DNA of 64,000 nt from Candidatus Saccharimonadota bacterium (GCA_022841445.1 JALHRM010000001.1:259777-323776); one strand, 5' to 3'; positions 10,057 through 18,804 are shown, counted from the stretch's first letter. A program made the numbers and translations. Notes: generated by a model not told the origin, from the sequence alone.

Positions 10057-11064
10057 TCATAGTAGGTTTATCTCTCGGTCAAGGTGTGGCGATGGCGCGA
10101 CCCCCTCGCCTTTAGTTACAATCGGCACGGTTAGATCATTAAAGTTCTTCAATTGTTGGCGGGTAGCCGTATCCGGATTGTAGGCGTCGTAGTACAGCTC
10201 AATAAGTTCTTGAGTATCCAGCGGCAAACCCTGGACGCCGCACTGCATAAGTCCCTGTAAAACGGCCTGCACACGGTTACGAAGTTCGGTTTTTGCTTGC
10301 TCTAGTGTCGCCTCATTGATAACTACTTTTGTTTCTTTGTTTTGGAAAAGTCCCATAAAGTTACTGACGAATCCAGTGCTTTGCTTAACGGCTTTTCTAA
10401 TGTCGTCGTCCGGATCGGGATATGTGATAACGACATAAAATTTCTTGTCCATGATGTTGGTTTGCTGCGAAATATCCGACAAAAAGGCAATGTAGTCTTC
10501 CATCAGCAGAGCAAGCAGCATGTTGTCATGCTCGCTGCGAATTTTGTCCAGTTTCTCTAAGTATGGCCTGATATCAATTCGCTGACTGCGGATAAATATC
10601 TGAATTGGGTAGTACAGCGAATTCAAAAAACCTTGATAGCTAAACTCGACCGCTTCTCGTTCCTGCGGGCTCATAAGATCAAAGTTAATTGCCTTACACA
10701 TCATTACCGCCCGGAATGTGCCATCGCTCATTATTACAATGCCGTCACGAATTTCGGCAATCTGCAGTGTGTTTTGAGTGCTATTCGGGTTCGATTTAGG
10801 CGGCGGGGGTTGCAGGTGCGGAGGCAATGTACCGCCAGGCATCATCTGCTGTCCAGGCATTGGTTGTCCGGGCATTTGCTGCATCGGTGGGTGACCAAAC
10901 TGTGCCGGTTGTGTTGCCCCGGGAGCGGTGCCGTATCCATAAGTCGGCACCGCTTGCGGTATGCTGGCAGCTTGTCCTGTGCCGGTAGTTTGTGGCGCGG
11001 TCATCGGCCTCGTAGGCGGCTGCCCGGGGGGCATAGGCTGTGGTGTTGGCTGCGTCGGATTCAT
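10057..11064 (-). CDS. T4SS-locus protein: Pro/Gln/Met-rich disordered N-terminus plus a ~240-aa domain resembling a VirB4 N-terminal domain without an ATPase
   Basis: 335 aa. Residues 1-95 are low complexity (PMPPGQPPTRP...MPGQPMPGQQMMPGG). The remainder (IAEIRDGIVIMSDGTFRAVMMCKAINFDLMSPQEREAVEFSYQGFLNSLYYPIQIFIRSQ...KKFYVVITYP) parallels, by eye, the N-domain of the adjacent VirB4. No Walker motifs. Confidence 0.6.
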   Translation of the reverse strand: MNPTQPTPQPMPPGQPPTRPMTAPQTTGTGQAASIPQAVPTYGYGTAPGATQPAQFGHPPMQQMPGQPMPGQQMMPGGTLPPHLQPPPPKSNPNSTQNTLQIAEIRDGIVIMSDGTFRAVMMCKAINFDLMSPQEREAVEFSYQGFLNSLYYPIQIFIRSQRIDIRPYLEKLDKIRSEHDNMLLALLMEDYIAFLSDISQQTNIMDKKFYVVITYPDPDDDIRKAVKQSTGFVSNFMGLFQNKETKVVINEATLEQAKTELRNRVQAVLQGLMQCGVQGLPLDTQELIELYYDAYNPDTATRQQLKNFNDLTVPIVTKGEGVAPSPHLDREINLL

Positions 11065-11090
11065 AAATAATTACCCACCTTAGATCACGC

Positions 11091-12521
11091 TTAATGAAGT
11101 GATATGACGACCTCGCCATCGTCATTGACCTGGACTTGCTTTAACTTTCGCTCGGCTTCTTTTGACAGCGTTGCGACGGTAATTTCCTGGTTCAGATCCC
11201 TGTTCTCTGCTAAGTCCATTATAGCAGCTTGGTGGCCTTCGGAAGGAGTATTTTGTTGCTCACCTGTTGACATTGCTGTGACAATATCTAGTTCCTCGGA
11301 CGGTTGGGTTCTGGTGGTTTGTGTCGGCTCGCTTGGTGCCATATCGGGCATAGGAACCGGTGGCAGAACTGCTTGTGGTGAGCTATCTGCTGGCGCGGTG
11401 TCTCGAATAGCCGTATTTACAAGTTCTGGTTCTTGGGGTGGTGTCGCTACGACTGCGGTTGCTGGTTGCTGCATCGGCGGTGGAGTCGCCGGTAGTGGTG
11501 CTTGTTGCGGCGTGGTTACTGCCGGGTCTTGTGGTTGATTGTCGGCTGGCGGAGTTCCGGTGACCAACTGACCGGAGTCAGGCAGTACTGTGTTTAAGTG
11601 AGAACTCAGCCTCGCTTTTTGTTCCTGATCAAGCTGCTGGTGTTTGTGGATTTCTTCAAGTATGGCTTGTTCTTCTGGGTTGTACTGCGACACAACCGAC
11701 GATACGGCGGGGGGCTCTTGCTTGTTTAGGTAGGCCGGTGGTTTGGGTGCTTTAGGCGCCTTTCGAGCAACAGTACCCGTAGTGGGCTGAGTGAGGACAC
11801 CTGCTTGGTTTTGTTGTTTTAGTGTTTCTAGGTCGCTCGGCGCATCAAGCACTGCTTGCCGAGCGGCATCAATTTTACGCAGAATCTCTTTCTTGTAGGC
11901 GGCAGTTTTTTGTTGCACCATGGCATCAACCTGGTGGGCTTTGACGTTACGGTTAGGGTCAAGCATATCGTCTTCGGCTCGTACGGCTATCGTCGGCACG
12001 GCCTGGGGCAAGCTGGCCGAGCGTACTAGTCTATCAGAACCTTGGTCGGTCGGCGGTCCGGAGTATGTGTTTACATTTACATTCTTAACTGCCCAACCGC
12101 GGCTATCTAGTGTGGCGGCCAGTGCTTCGAGCCTGCTTTTTACTTCGTTTTGGCTAAGACCGTCAGTGTAATGTTTTTCTTCGGTTTTAGGAGCGGTTAT
12201 GGTCACTAATTCTTTTAGGCCGGATTGATCCCAGGTATGTCGCTGCGGCTTAAAGTAAAAACTGAGCCGTGCTATCAGCCAGTCTTCTGTTGACTGCACT
12301 CCCCCTAAAGGTGTTGCTAATAATCCAAACAAAAGCATCGGCGGAGTAAAAATAAGCACAAACGGCCACCGAAGCGGACCAAGCCCGGTGGCGGTAACCA
12401 GTTTGAAATTTATAAAAGCAAATATAAGCGCTATTGCCGCATAGACAAAGCCCTTGAGTGTCAAAAACCCGATTAATCGGTCTTCGGACTCAATGTCCTG
12501 AATAACCTTATACACCGCCAT
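11091..12521 (-). CDS. PrgI/VirB3-like T4SS membrane protein with a long Pro/Gln/Thr-rich C-terminal extension
   Basis: The N-terminus MAVYKVIQDIESEDRLIGFLTLKGFVYAAIALIFAFINF... has two TM helices followed by EDWLIARLSFYFKPQRHTW. This matches the PrgI-family layout as I remember it. It sits immediately upstream of VirB4-type genes, as in Gram-positive T4SS. The C-terminal ~300 aa are disordered. Confidence 0.65.
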   Translation of the reverse strand: MAVYKVIQDIESEDRLIGFLTLKGFVYAAIALIFAFINFKLVTATGLGPLRWPFVLIFTPPMLLFGLLATPLGGVQSTEDWLIARLSFYFKPQRHTWDQSGLKELVTITAPKTEEKHYTDGLSQNEVKSRLEALAATLDSRGWAVKNVNVNTYSGPPTDQGSDRLVRSASLPQAVPTIAVRAEDDMLDPNRNVKAHQVDAMVQQKTAAYKKEILRKIDAARQAVLDAPSDLETLKQQNQAGVLTQPTTGTVARKAPKAPKPPAYLNKQEPPAVSSVVSQYNPEEQAILEEIHKHQQLDQEQKARLSSHLNTVLPDSGQLVTGTPPADNQPQDPAVTTPQQAPLPATPPPMQQPATAVVATPPQEPELVNTAIRDTAPADSSPQAVLPPVPMPDMAPSEPTQTTRTQPSEELDIVTAMSTGEQQNTPSEGHQAAIMDLAENRDLNQEITVATLSKEAERKLKQVQVNDDGEVVISLH

Positions 12522-12581
12522 ACCCTACTAGTATCTGACAGATGACCGCTTATGGCAATATGGCGCTACATATTTTTCAAT

Positions 12582-12615
12582 AAAAACAGCCCGGTATGTG
12601 CGACGGGCTGTTTTA
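12582..12615 (-). terminator. Rho-independent terminator (bidirectional hairpin) between the 473-aa gene and the PrgI-like gene
   Basis: AAAAACAGCCCG-gtatgtgcga-CGGGCTGTTTTA: a 7-bp GC stem flanked by an A-run and a T-run, 19 nt downstream of the stop at 12634. Confidence 0.7.
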
Positions 12616-12633
12616 TCTGATCAGTGCAGTGCT

Positions 12634-14055
12634 CTAGGGGACGAGCTTTGAGATGTCTTTTCGAAGTTGTTTTAGCTTGTCCTTATTTTTTTGAATCTCT
12701 TCGGCAAGTCTTTGCTTGCCGTTTTCGCCAGCCTTAATTCGGTTCATTGCTCTGCTGTCTATGCTGTTTCGCTGCAGCTCCTCGAGTCTACTCAGGGTTT
12801 CTTCGTACGAAGCTCTCATTCGAGCGCCTTCCGCCGAAATCCTAGTGGCTTCGCTACTACCGCCAAGTGACTGAGCTGCCTTTACTTCTGCTGCTACCAT
12901 ATCGTCAATTTTTTCAAGAGGTGCAGCCCCAAATATCACCTTTTCGCGTTCACTTTTACCTGACATCATAGCTTTCATGACAACTTTGGTCTTGCCTTTT
13001 CGCATCCATTCCGCTGTCTTGCTGCCCTTTTCGCCGTTTGTTTGCAGCATACCGTTAAACTTTGCTTCGTTTATGGTGGCTTCGGTTTTAAAACCACCGA
13101 TGTCACTCGTCTTATTTTCTTTATAGCGCTTGGGAGTTGCTTTGGCAAAGGCTAACGCTTTGTTGCCTAGTTTGCGCGCCAGTTTTTTAGCGCGTGCAAC
13201 CTGCTCACCCCCGGCAGATTCTTCGTAATGAGGGCCATTTTTCAGACTTTCTACAGGCATGCGGACTGTTTCGTCGACACCCTGAATTCTTACAAACATA
13301 GCGTCGCTGGCTTCGTCTATCGTGAAGTCGATAATCTCGCCTTCACCCCCGTCGTAAGGTATTTTGTCGCCCTTTTTCCAGCCTTTTTCTCCGGCTGCTT
13401 TTTCGGCAGCATTTACTTCGGCCGGTTCGGGTGCATCTTCAGCTTCGGCACCAACTACTCTTTCGCCCGCAGCTGGGATCGGCGTGGTTGGTTCGGCATC
13501 TTCTGGGCTCGGTGCAGCTTCAGCTGCTGGAGTTTCTCCTAGCAAACCTTTGACTCTCCCATCAGGTGTAAAGACTTCGTTCCAGGGGTCGTTTACGGCA
13601 GGTCTTTCAGCGGGTTCTTCTCCGCCTGTGCCTGCCGCAGGTTTAGCTCGCTCGGAGTCACCCCCCACAATTCGATTACCGCGTACACTCAGAGGCTTTC
13701 GGATTGGGGGCGCAGCTGGCTGAGGTGTGTCTGGTGATGGTTCAGGCACCTCGCGAGTACCAGCGGTTAGTTCAAGTGGGCGTTGTGGCGCTTCGCCGCC
13801 GATAACAAAATCGCTGCCAGGTGTTGGGGTTTCTACTGCAGCACCGCTGGCCGTCCAGTCTATGTCATTTGGCGCGCCAAATGATCGCTCGGATGTCTCT
13901 GGCGGAGCGACTGATTCCCCAGGTTCGAGGTCACTTGCAAGCCCTTCACGATCAACCCCAAGCTGGTGCGCAAGAGCGTCTATTGCATCTGAATCAATAC
14001 CCTCTTGTGGGGCTCGAAATGACTGTCCGTCTTGTCCGGGGGCTTCTGCACTCAT
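12634..14055 (-). CDS. Hypothetical acidic Pro/Ala/Glu-rich protein with a Lys-rich coiled-coil C-terminus (T4SS-locus associated)
   Basis: 473-aa ORF with coding-like composition and no TM segment or catalytic motif. It lies between the VirB6-like and PrgI-like genes on the same strand. The C-terminus reads KQRLAEEIQKNKDKLKQLRKDISKL. Confidence 0.6.
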   Translation of the reverse strand: MSAEAPGQDGQSFRAPQEGIDSDAIDALAHQLGVDREGLASDLEPGESVAPPETSERSFGAPNDIDWTASGAAVETPTPGSDFVIGGEAPQRPLELTAGTREVPEPSPDTPQPAAPPIRKPLSVRGNRIVGGDSERAKPAAGTGGEEPAERPAVNDPWNEVFTPDGRVKGLLGETPAAEAAPSPEDAEPTTPIPAAGERVVGAEAEDAPEPAEVNAAEKAAGEKGWKKGDKIPYDGGEGEIIDFTIDEASDAMFVRIQGVDETVRMPVESLKNGPHYEESAGGEQVARAKKLARKLGNKALAFAKATPKRYKENKTSDIGGFKTEATINEAKFNGMLQTNGEKGSKTAEWMRKGKTKVVMKAMMSGKSEREKVIFGAAPLEKIDDMVAAEVKAAQSLGGSSEATRISAEGARMRASYEETLSRLEELQRNSIDSRAMNRIKAGENGKQRLAEEIQKNKDKLKQLRKDISKLVP

Positions 14056-14206
14056 AGTATTTATAAAATCCTTTTGTAGTATCTTTGTTTTTGTTGTTTG
14101 ATGATACTAAATTAGCACAGATTATGTAAATTGTCAATATTGTTTACTGGAATAAACAAAAAACAGCAGATTTTAAAGTATGAGTCGCAATTCTATAAAT
14201 TTATGC

Positions 14207-16447
14207 CTAGTACGGTTTTCTTCGGTCTTGTTGTCTTCTTTTTGCTTCCTGGGAAGCAGAGGGACGTCCGGCGAGGGGGTCTGACGGTGGTGGTGCAACG
14301 CCACCTGGAGACCCATAACCCCCTCCAGGGATGCCGCCACTTGCAGTTGGTGTTGTGCCTCGACCGTAAAGCTCCTTGGTCTTTACATCAACCAGTTCTC
14401 GGTAGTCTTTCACAGTTCGTGGACCATCTACGGTATCTACAGCATGCCCAGCATACAGTTTTGCAAGACCATCCCCTATTCCCCCATTCTTTTTTGGATC
14501 GCCGAGTTCTGATTTACTACCAAACAGACCTGCCGCCGCCTGTGGGTTAAGCGCCACAAATTGGTCTATTACTTTGCGGGCGGATTCTTGCGTGTCATCA
14601 TCTAGAGTCGTTAAGCTACGTACAAAGCCGTGGTGTGAGCCAAGCATTTCTTGAGCCGTCATCGCATTGAGGCCTACTCCACCCTCAATGCCGTTTCTAT
14701 CTAGTACTGCTTGAGTCCTGGCGTCTCCATCACCATACATGGCAACTTGCATAGCATCTTCTCGTGACATTTTCATTAGTTGCGGAACCATGTCACGGGC
14801 ACTGGAGTGAACGGCTTTATAGAGTCGATCATCCCTACCAAGTGCTGCCCTGTACGCCTCTACTGTACCTTCTTGATCGTCCCTTAACTTCCCTTTATCG
14901 TCATACATTAAATCTCTCAATGTGCCGAATTCACCATTTTGAATAAGCTGAGCAATTGCTGCTTCTTTTTGCTCGTGATCGCCGTTTCTTGCCAAATCAA
15001 CTAATGCATCCGCAGACCTGCCTCCGTGCTTGACGGTTTGTGCACCAGCTTGTGACGCCAAAGCTGCCTTGCGCTTGCTCTCTTCTTCGTTGTGGTGAAT
15101 AACTGAATCTTGCAGACCTCTCTCCGTAAACTTACCGCTAGTAGCCCTGGCTCGTAGGTTTTGCATGCTGTATTTCTTTTTCCTCGGGTCGTATAGCTCG
15201 GTACCTCGTTCTGCGCGGTTTCGGTCTCTGCGCCCTTCAAGCGCTTTGCGGCCTTTGCCGGATAAGCCTTGGCTCGCGCCGTTAGCAACGTTGGCCAAGG
15301 CGCCGAGTGCTTGGCCGCCCAGGGCGAATGTTTTGGATATCAAAAAGAACGGTGCGAAAAATCCGACGAATATAAACAGTGTTTTTAGTATTCCAAAGGA
15401 TGCATCTACTTCACCAAATACCGCTCCGGGCCATAGTGCAAACATACCTACGTCCACATCAGTAAGAGTGCTTGATGTAGAAATCTTGGCAAATATCCGA
15501 CCAGCAGCAATCATCGCAATAATAAGCGGGAACATAATTAGTAATTTGGTAAATGTTTCGTACCATAACTTCCAGTATTTGCTAGTACCGGGTAGTATCC
15601 AAAAGGCTAAAGCTAGCGGAGCGAAAATAAGGCTCAGAATAATAAGGATTTGTCGGAGTACAAGCACAAAATAGCCGATTATCAGCGCGACTACTGCGCC
15701 AAACGCTACAGGTGTCAAAAACCCGAATAGTAGCGCAGCTGCTGCTACTCCAAGCCCGCCAACAAGCAGGATTGATTGGAATACTCCACCACTACTTTCA
15801 TACGTATCTGTACCTACAAGATTCTTGAGGGTCATTTCCTGCGGCCCCCCGAACGGGGCATACATAAGGTCACCAATACCGTTACCTACGGCATTTACCA
15901 TGTCAATAACGAATATAAGCAACGGCCAAGAAACCTGTATCAGTATTACGGCAATCAGTAGTTTAGGAAGCGCTCGTTTGAGTGAATAGGCATCGAATGG
16001 CCCCCAATCCACCGCCTGAGAAATTACCATAACCAGCATTACTATTATCAGTACTACTGTAGTAAGGTTTCTGATAATGCTCCATGCTCTCTGTATGCTG
16101 TTAACATCATCCGTTTTATAGCTATTTATGTCGAAATCAAGAATTTTGGTAATACCAGCATCGAGAGTATCAATCGTGCCGTCCAATCCTCTTAGCGCGC
16201 CGCAAAGCAGGAATCCAAATCCAAAAGTGGCTTTGGATTCACAGGTTTCGTCTTCTGGTGCGTCTTCGGGCGGGTCGGCAGGTGGAGTTTGTGCAAAGTG
16301 GACACCGACGGGGTTGCTTAAAGCGACAGAAGTGACCGGTTCGCTGCCTTGTGCTTTAGCTGTAGCCGGATTTATGAACGAAGGCATCAGACTCAAAGTC
16401 AGCACGGGCAAAAAAAGCCCAAGCATGATTTTGAAGCGAGTACTCAT
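14207..16447 (-). CDS. VirB6/TrbL/PrgH-like polytopic T4SS membrane protein with a ~330-aa hydrophilic C-terminal domain
   Basis: 746 aa. Signal-like N-terminus, then at least 6 TM helices between aa ~130 and 400 (e.g. LLIAVILIQVSWPLLIFVIDMV, FGAVVALIIGYFVLVLRQILIILSLIFAPLALAFWILP). The hydrophilic tail ends in the Gly-rich GGIPGGGYGSPGGVAPPPSD. It is the first gene of the minus-strand T4SS set. Confidence 0.7.
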   Translation of the reverse strand: MSTRFKIMLGLFLPVLTLSLMPSFINPATAKAQGSEPVTSVALSNPVGVHFAQTPPADPPEDAPEDETCESKATFGFGFLLCGALRGLDGTIDTLDAGITKILDFDINSYKTDDVNSIQRAWSIIRNLTTVVLIIVMLVMVISQAVDWGPFDAYSLKRALPKLLIAVILIQVSWPLLIFVIDMVNAVGNGIGDLMYAPFGGPQEMTLKNLVGTDTYESSGGVFQSILLVGGLGVAAAALLFGFLTPVAFGAVVALIIGYFVLVLRQILIILSLIFAPLALAFWILPGTSKYWKLWYETFTKLLIMFPLIIAMIAAGRIFAKISTSSTLTDVDVGMFALWPGAVFGEVDASFGILKTLFIFVGFFAPFFLISKTFALGGQALGALANVANGASQGLSGKGRKALEGRRDRNRAERGTELYDPRKKKYSMQNLRARATSGKFTERGLQDSVIHHNEEESKRKAALASQAGAQTVKHGGRSADALVDLARNGDHEQKEAAIAQLIQNGEFGTLRDLMYDDKGKLRDDQEGTVEAYRAALGRDDRLYKAVHSSARDMVPQLMKMSREDAMQVAMYGDGDARTQAVLDRNGIEGGVGLNAMTAQEMLGSHHGFVRSLTTLDDDTQESARKVIDQFVALNPQAAAGLFGSKSELGDPKKNGGIGDGLAKLYAGHAVDTVDGPRTVKDYRELVDVKTKELYGRGTTPTASGGIPGGGYGSPGGVAPPPSDPLAGRPSASQEAKRRQQDRRKPY

Positions 16448-16455
16448 TTGTTTTG

Positions 16456-16514
16456 ACTATAGCACAACAGTTTTGAGCGGACAATTTACCGGCTACAGTA
16501 AATTTTGGTATAGT
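16456..16514. promoter_or_regulatory. Back-to-back divergent promoters for the T4SS machinery genes (minus) and the pilin operon (plus)
   Basis: Plus strand: TTTACC (16485-16490), 18-nt spacer, extended -10 TGgTATAGT (16506-16514), 11 nt before ATG 16526. Minus strand: TTGTCC (rc of 16479-16484), 17-nt spacer, TGcTATAGT (hexamer rc of 16456-16461), 8 nt before ATG 16447. Neither ATG has an obvious SD. Confidence 0.45.
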
Positions 16515-16525
16515 TAGCCATTAGA

Positions 16526-17173
16526 ATGTTGCTTAATAAAATATGGGCACGAAATTTTATGAACGTTGTACTGGCGGTGCTGCTTGTGGCCGGCTTTACT
16601 GCCACAGCAGTAACGTTTCAAATGGGGCTTGCTGAAGCCGCACCTTCGAAATGCTATGCCAGAAACGCGGCGGGTAAAGTCCAGCACTCTTCTTGTAATG
16701 GCTTAACGGCAGCCCAGCGCCGCATAAATGACAAATGCTTTTTAGCGCAAACAATCGGTGGTGCATATACCCAGGCGGGTGATCTTGGTAGTGGAGTCTG
16801 TAATTCTCTGCAACGGCAGGCTCAAGCCGCACCAGCACCTGGAGGAGGTGCTCCAGACGAAGATCAAACGTTGGGTGCAGGTGGCACTGCTGGCTGTAGT
16901 GGCACGGTAAATTTACAGAACTGCGTAAAAAATAATCCAATTGTTACTAAAGTGCTTCGCCCCTTGGTGTTGTTTTTGAGTGCGGTGGTTGCGATTGTAA
17001 TCATAGGTAGTTTAATTGTTGCGGGTATCCAGTATTCTGCAGCACAGGACAACCCTCAGATGGTTCAAAAATCGAAAGATCGTATCCGTAATGCGCTTAT
17101 TGCGCTTGGAGCGTTTATGTTCGCTCTTGCCGGTTTACAGTACTTAATCCCCGGGGGCATAATTAGCTTATGA
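16526..17173 (+). CDS. VirB2/TrbC-like T4SS pilin paralog 1 of 7 (largest, 6 Cys)
   Basis: Signal/TM segment FMNVVLAVLLVAGFTATAVTFQMGLAEA. A 6-Cys, Gly/Ala-rich exposed segment. C-terminal two-helix core LVLFLSAVVAIVIIGSLIVAGIQYSAAQDNPQMVQKSKDRIRNALIALGAFMFALAGL. Confidence 0.65.
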   Translation: MLLNKIWARNFMNVVLAVLLVAGFTATAVTFQMGLAEAAPSKCYARNAAGKVQHSSCNGLTAAQRRINDKCFLAQTIGGAYTQAGDLGSGVCNSLQRQAQAAPAPGGGAPDEDQTLGAGGTAGCSGTVNLQNCVKNNPIVTKVLRPLVLFLSAVVAIVIIGSLIVAGIQYSAAQDNPQMVQKSKDRIRNALIALGAFMFALAGLQYLIPGGIISL

Positions 17174-17589
17174 TCACGTACGCTTTGGCCTGGCTGGTCA
17201 CCACTTTCCCAAGTTTTGCTCAGACTCCGGCGGTATGTGAGAAAAAAGGTTTTCTTGGACTGCCGGCGTGGTATGAATATCTACCCGATGCCGCCTTCAA
17301 GGCGGACGGCGTGGGGGGGTGCTTAATTGATTTAAAGTTCGATGGTCCGGCTGGTCCGAATGTGCTTATACCTATTGGGTTAGCCGTACTAGATGGCTTG
17401 CTAAGAATAGCTGGAGTCGTGGCTGTTATTTTTGTAATCGTTGCTGGATTTAACTTCATAACTTCGGCTGGTAGTCCAGATAAAGCCGCTTCAGCACGGC
17501 AACAAGCTATTAATGCTCTTGTTGGTGCGGCAATTGCCATTAGCGCAGCAGCAATCGTGCAGTTTGTCGGTGGAAGGATTGCTGGATGA
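17170..17589 (+). CDS. VirB2/TrbC-like T4SS pilin paralog 2 of 7
   Basis: ATGA overlap with paralog 1. Signal peptide ...FPSFAQ/T, then 2 Cys. Core GVVAVIFVIVAGFNFITSAGSPDKAASARQQAINALVGAAIAISAAAIVQFV. Confidence 0.7.
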   Translation: MITYALAWLVTTFPSFAQTPAVCEKKGFLGLPAWYEYLPDAAFKADGVGGCLIDLKFDGPAGPNVLIPIGLAVLDGLLRIAGVVAVIFVIVAGFNFITSAGSPDKAASARQQAINALVGAAIAISAAAIVQFVGGRIAG

Positions 17590-17873
17590 TTGAATACTTG
17601 GCGTACCAGATATTTTTTGGAGGCCCAATTAAAGACTCTCTGCCGCAAGTTGCTGCCGACGAAGGAGCATTCGCCAGAGGCCTTAATATTATTTTTGTTC
17701 TGGCGGGTGCAATCACTGTTTTGGTCATAACTGTAGCCGGGCTATTCTACGTACTTTCTCAGGGCGACCCAAGCAAAACATCGCGTGCTAAAAATGCCAT
17801 TATTTACGCAGCGGTCGGGTTGGTTATTATTGTTCTATCTGGAGTCATCGTTAACTTTGTGTTTCAGTTTTAA
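17586..17873 (+). CDS. VirB2/TrbC-like T4SS pilin paralog 3 of 7 (short; no signal peptide, no Cys)
   Basis: ATGA overlap with paralog 2. The 95-aa product is essentially the core only: LNIIFVLAGAITVLVITVAGLFYVLSQGDPSKTSRAKNAIIYAAVGLVIIVLSGVIVNFV. Confidence 0.65.
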   Translation: MIEYLAYQIFFGGPIKDSLPQVAADEGAFARGLNIIFVLAGAITVLVITVAGLFYVLSQGDPSKTSRAKNAIIYAAVGLVIIVLSGVIVNFVFQF

Positions 17874-18283
17874 TGATGAGATGGATAACTAAAAAACTAG
17901 CCATCGTTTTAGCAGCAGTGTTCAGTTTATTGTGTTTATCTGGGTCGGTCGCCTATGCTGGTTTTAACCCTTTGCAAGATGCCTGTAGTGTCCCAAACTC
18001 CGATCAAAGTGCTGTCTGTAAAGAAAAAACTCGCACTGGTAACGATGATCCCATTGCTGGGGATGATGGCATTTTGATAAGAGGCACTCGCGTCATTGCT
18101 ATTGTTGTTGGAGTAGCTGCTACCATCATGATTATTGTTGGCGGCCTAATGTTCATACTGTCCGACGGTAATAGTGATAAGGCGGCGAATGGTAGAAAAA
18201 CTATCATTTACGCAATTGTTGGTATTGTTATTGCGGTGCTCGCCGGCCCTGTTACGCAATTTTTGACAAATCGGGCTCTTTAG
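17873..18283 (+). CDS. VirB2/TrbC-like T4SS pilin paralog 4 of 7
   Basis: TAATG overlap with paralog 3. Signal peptide ending VAYA/G, with Cys pair ACSVPNSDQSAVC. Core IAIVVGVAATIMIIVGGLMFILSDGNSDKAANGRKTIIYAIVGIVIAVLAGPV. Confidence 0.75.
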   Translation: MMRWITKKLAIVLAAVFSLLCLSGSVAYAGFNPLQDACSVPNSDQSAVCKEKTRTGNDDPIAGDDGILIRGTRVIAIVVGVAATIMIIVGGLMFILSDGNSDKAANGRKTIIYAIVGIVIAVLAGPVTQFLTNRAL

Positions 18284-18329
18284 ACATAAGCTACTACAGT
18301 AAACCTAAAAAGTGTAATTTTAAGTAACT

Positions 18330-18728
18330 ATGCGAAACAAAACACTCACAATTTTTGCAACCTTAGCACTTATCGCGACTGTATTGTTCCCCGTTTTCAA
18401 TTACGGGATGGCTAATGCTGGATGCCCGGCGAACGCCAGCCCAAAGGATGCCGTTAATTGTGGTGTACAGGCGGCTGGGGGTGATACTTCTGACCCTGAG
18501 ACAAAGATAAATAGTGCCATTGCAGCTGCTATAAACATTTTTTCTTTCGTGGTTGGTTTTGCAGCAGTCATCATGATTATTGTTGGCGGCTTACGGTACA
18601 TCTTGAGCAACGGCGATAGTCAAAAAGTTTCCAGTGCTAAAAACGCTATTATTTACGCCATTGTTGGTCTGGTTATCGTAGCCTTGGCACAAGTGATTGT
18701 GCGGTACGTTTTTAGCCGGGCAACTTAA
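18330..18728 (+). CDS. VirB2/TrbC-like T4SS pilin paralog 5 of 7
   Basis: Signal peptide ending MANA/G, with Cys pair GCPANASPKDAVNC. Core INIFSFVVGFAAVIMIIVGGLRYILSNGDSQKVSSAKNAIIYAIVGLVIVALAQVIVRYV. Confidence 0.75.
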   Translation: MRNKTLTIFATLALIATVLFPVFNYGMANAGCPANASPKDAVNCGVQAAGGDTSDPETKINSAIAAAINIFSFVVGFAAVIMIIVGGLRYILSNGDSQKVSSAKNAIIYAIVGLVIVALAQVIVRYVFSRAT

Positions 18729-18804
18729 AGCCTCTCCGCCATTGCTTAGCATAGGCGTGTTGTGATATAAGTGTTGTCAGAAGTTAATAAATAAGGAACT
18801 TTAT

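Noticed and set aside
11104-14101. Plus-strand ORFs of 83-144 aa (11104-11538, 11920-12171, 13228-13542, 13364-13723, 13727-14101) opposite the Pro/Ala-rich T4SS genes
   Set aside because: Low-complexity Pro/Ala/Glu coding regions keep the opposite strand open (Gly/Ser/Ala-rich shadows). There are no independent start signals and all lie entirely within longer minus-strand genes.
14100-14130. TTAGCAC half-site resembling CIRCE in the intergenic region downstream of the VirB6-like gene
   Set aside because: Only one 7-nt half (AAATTAGCACAG) is present, with no inverted partner at 9-nt spacing. It is a chance match in AT-rich spacer.
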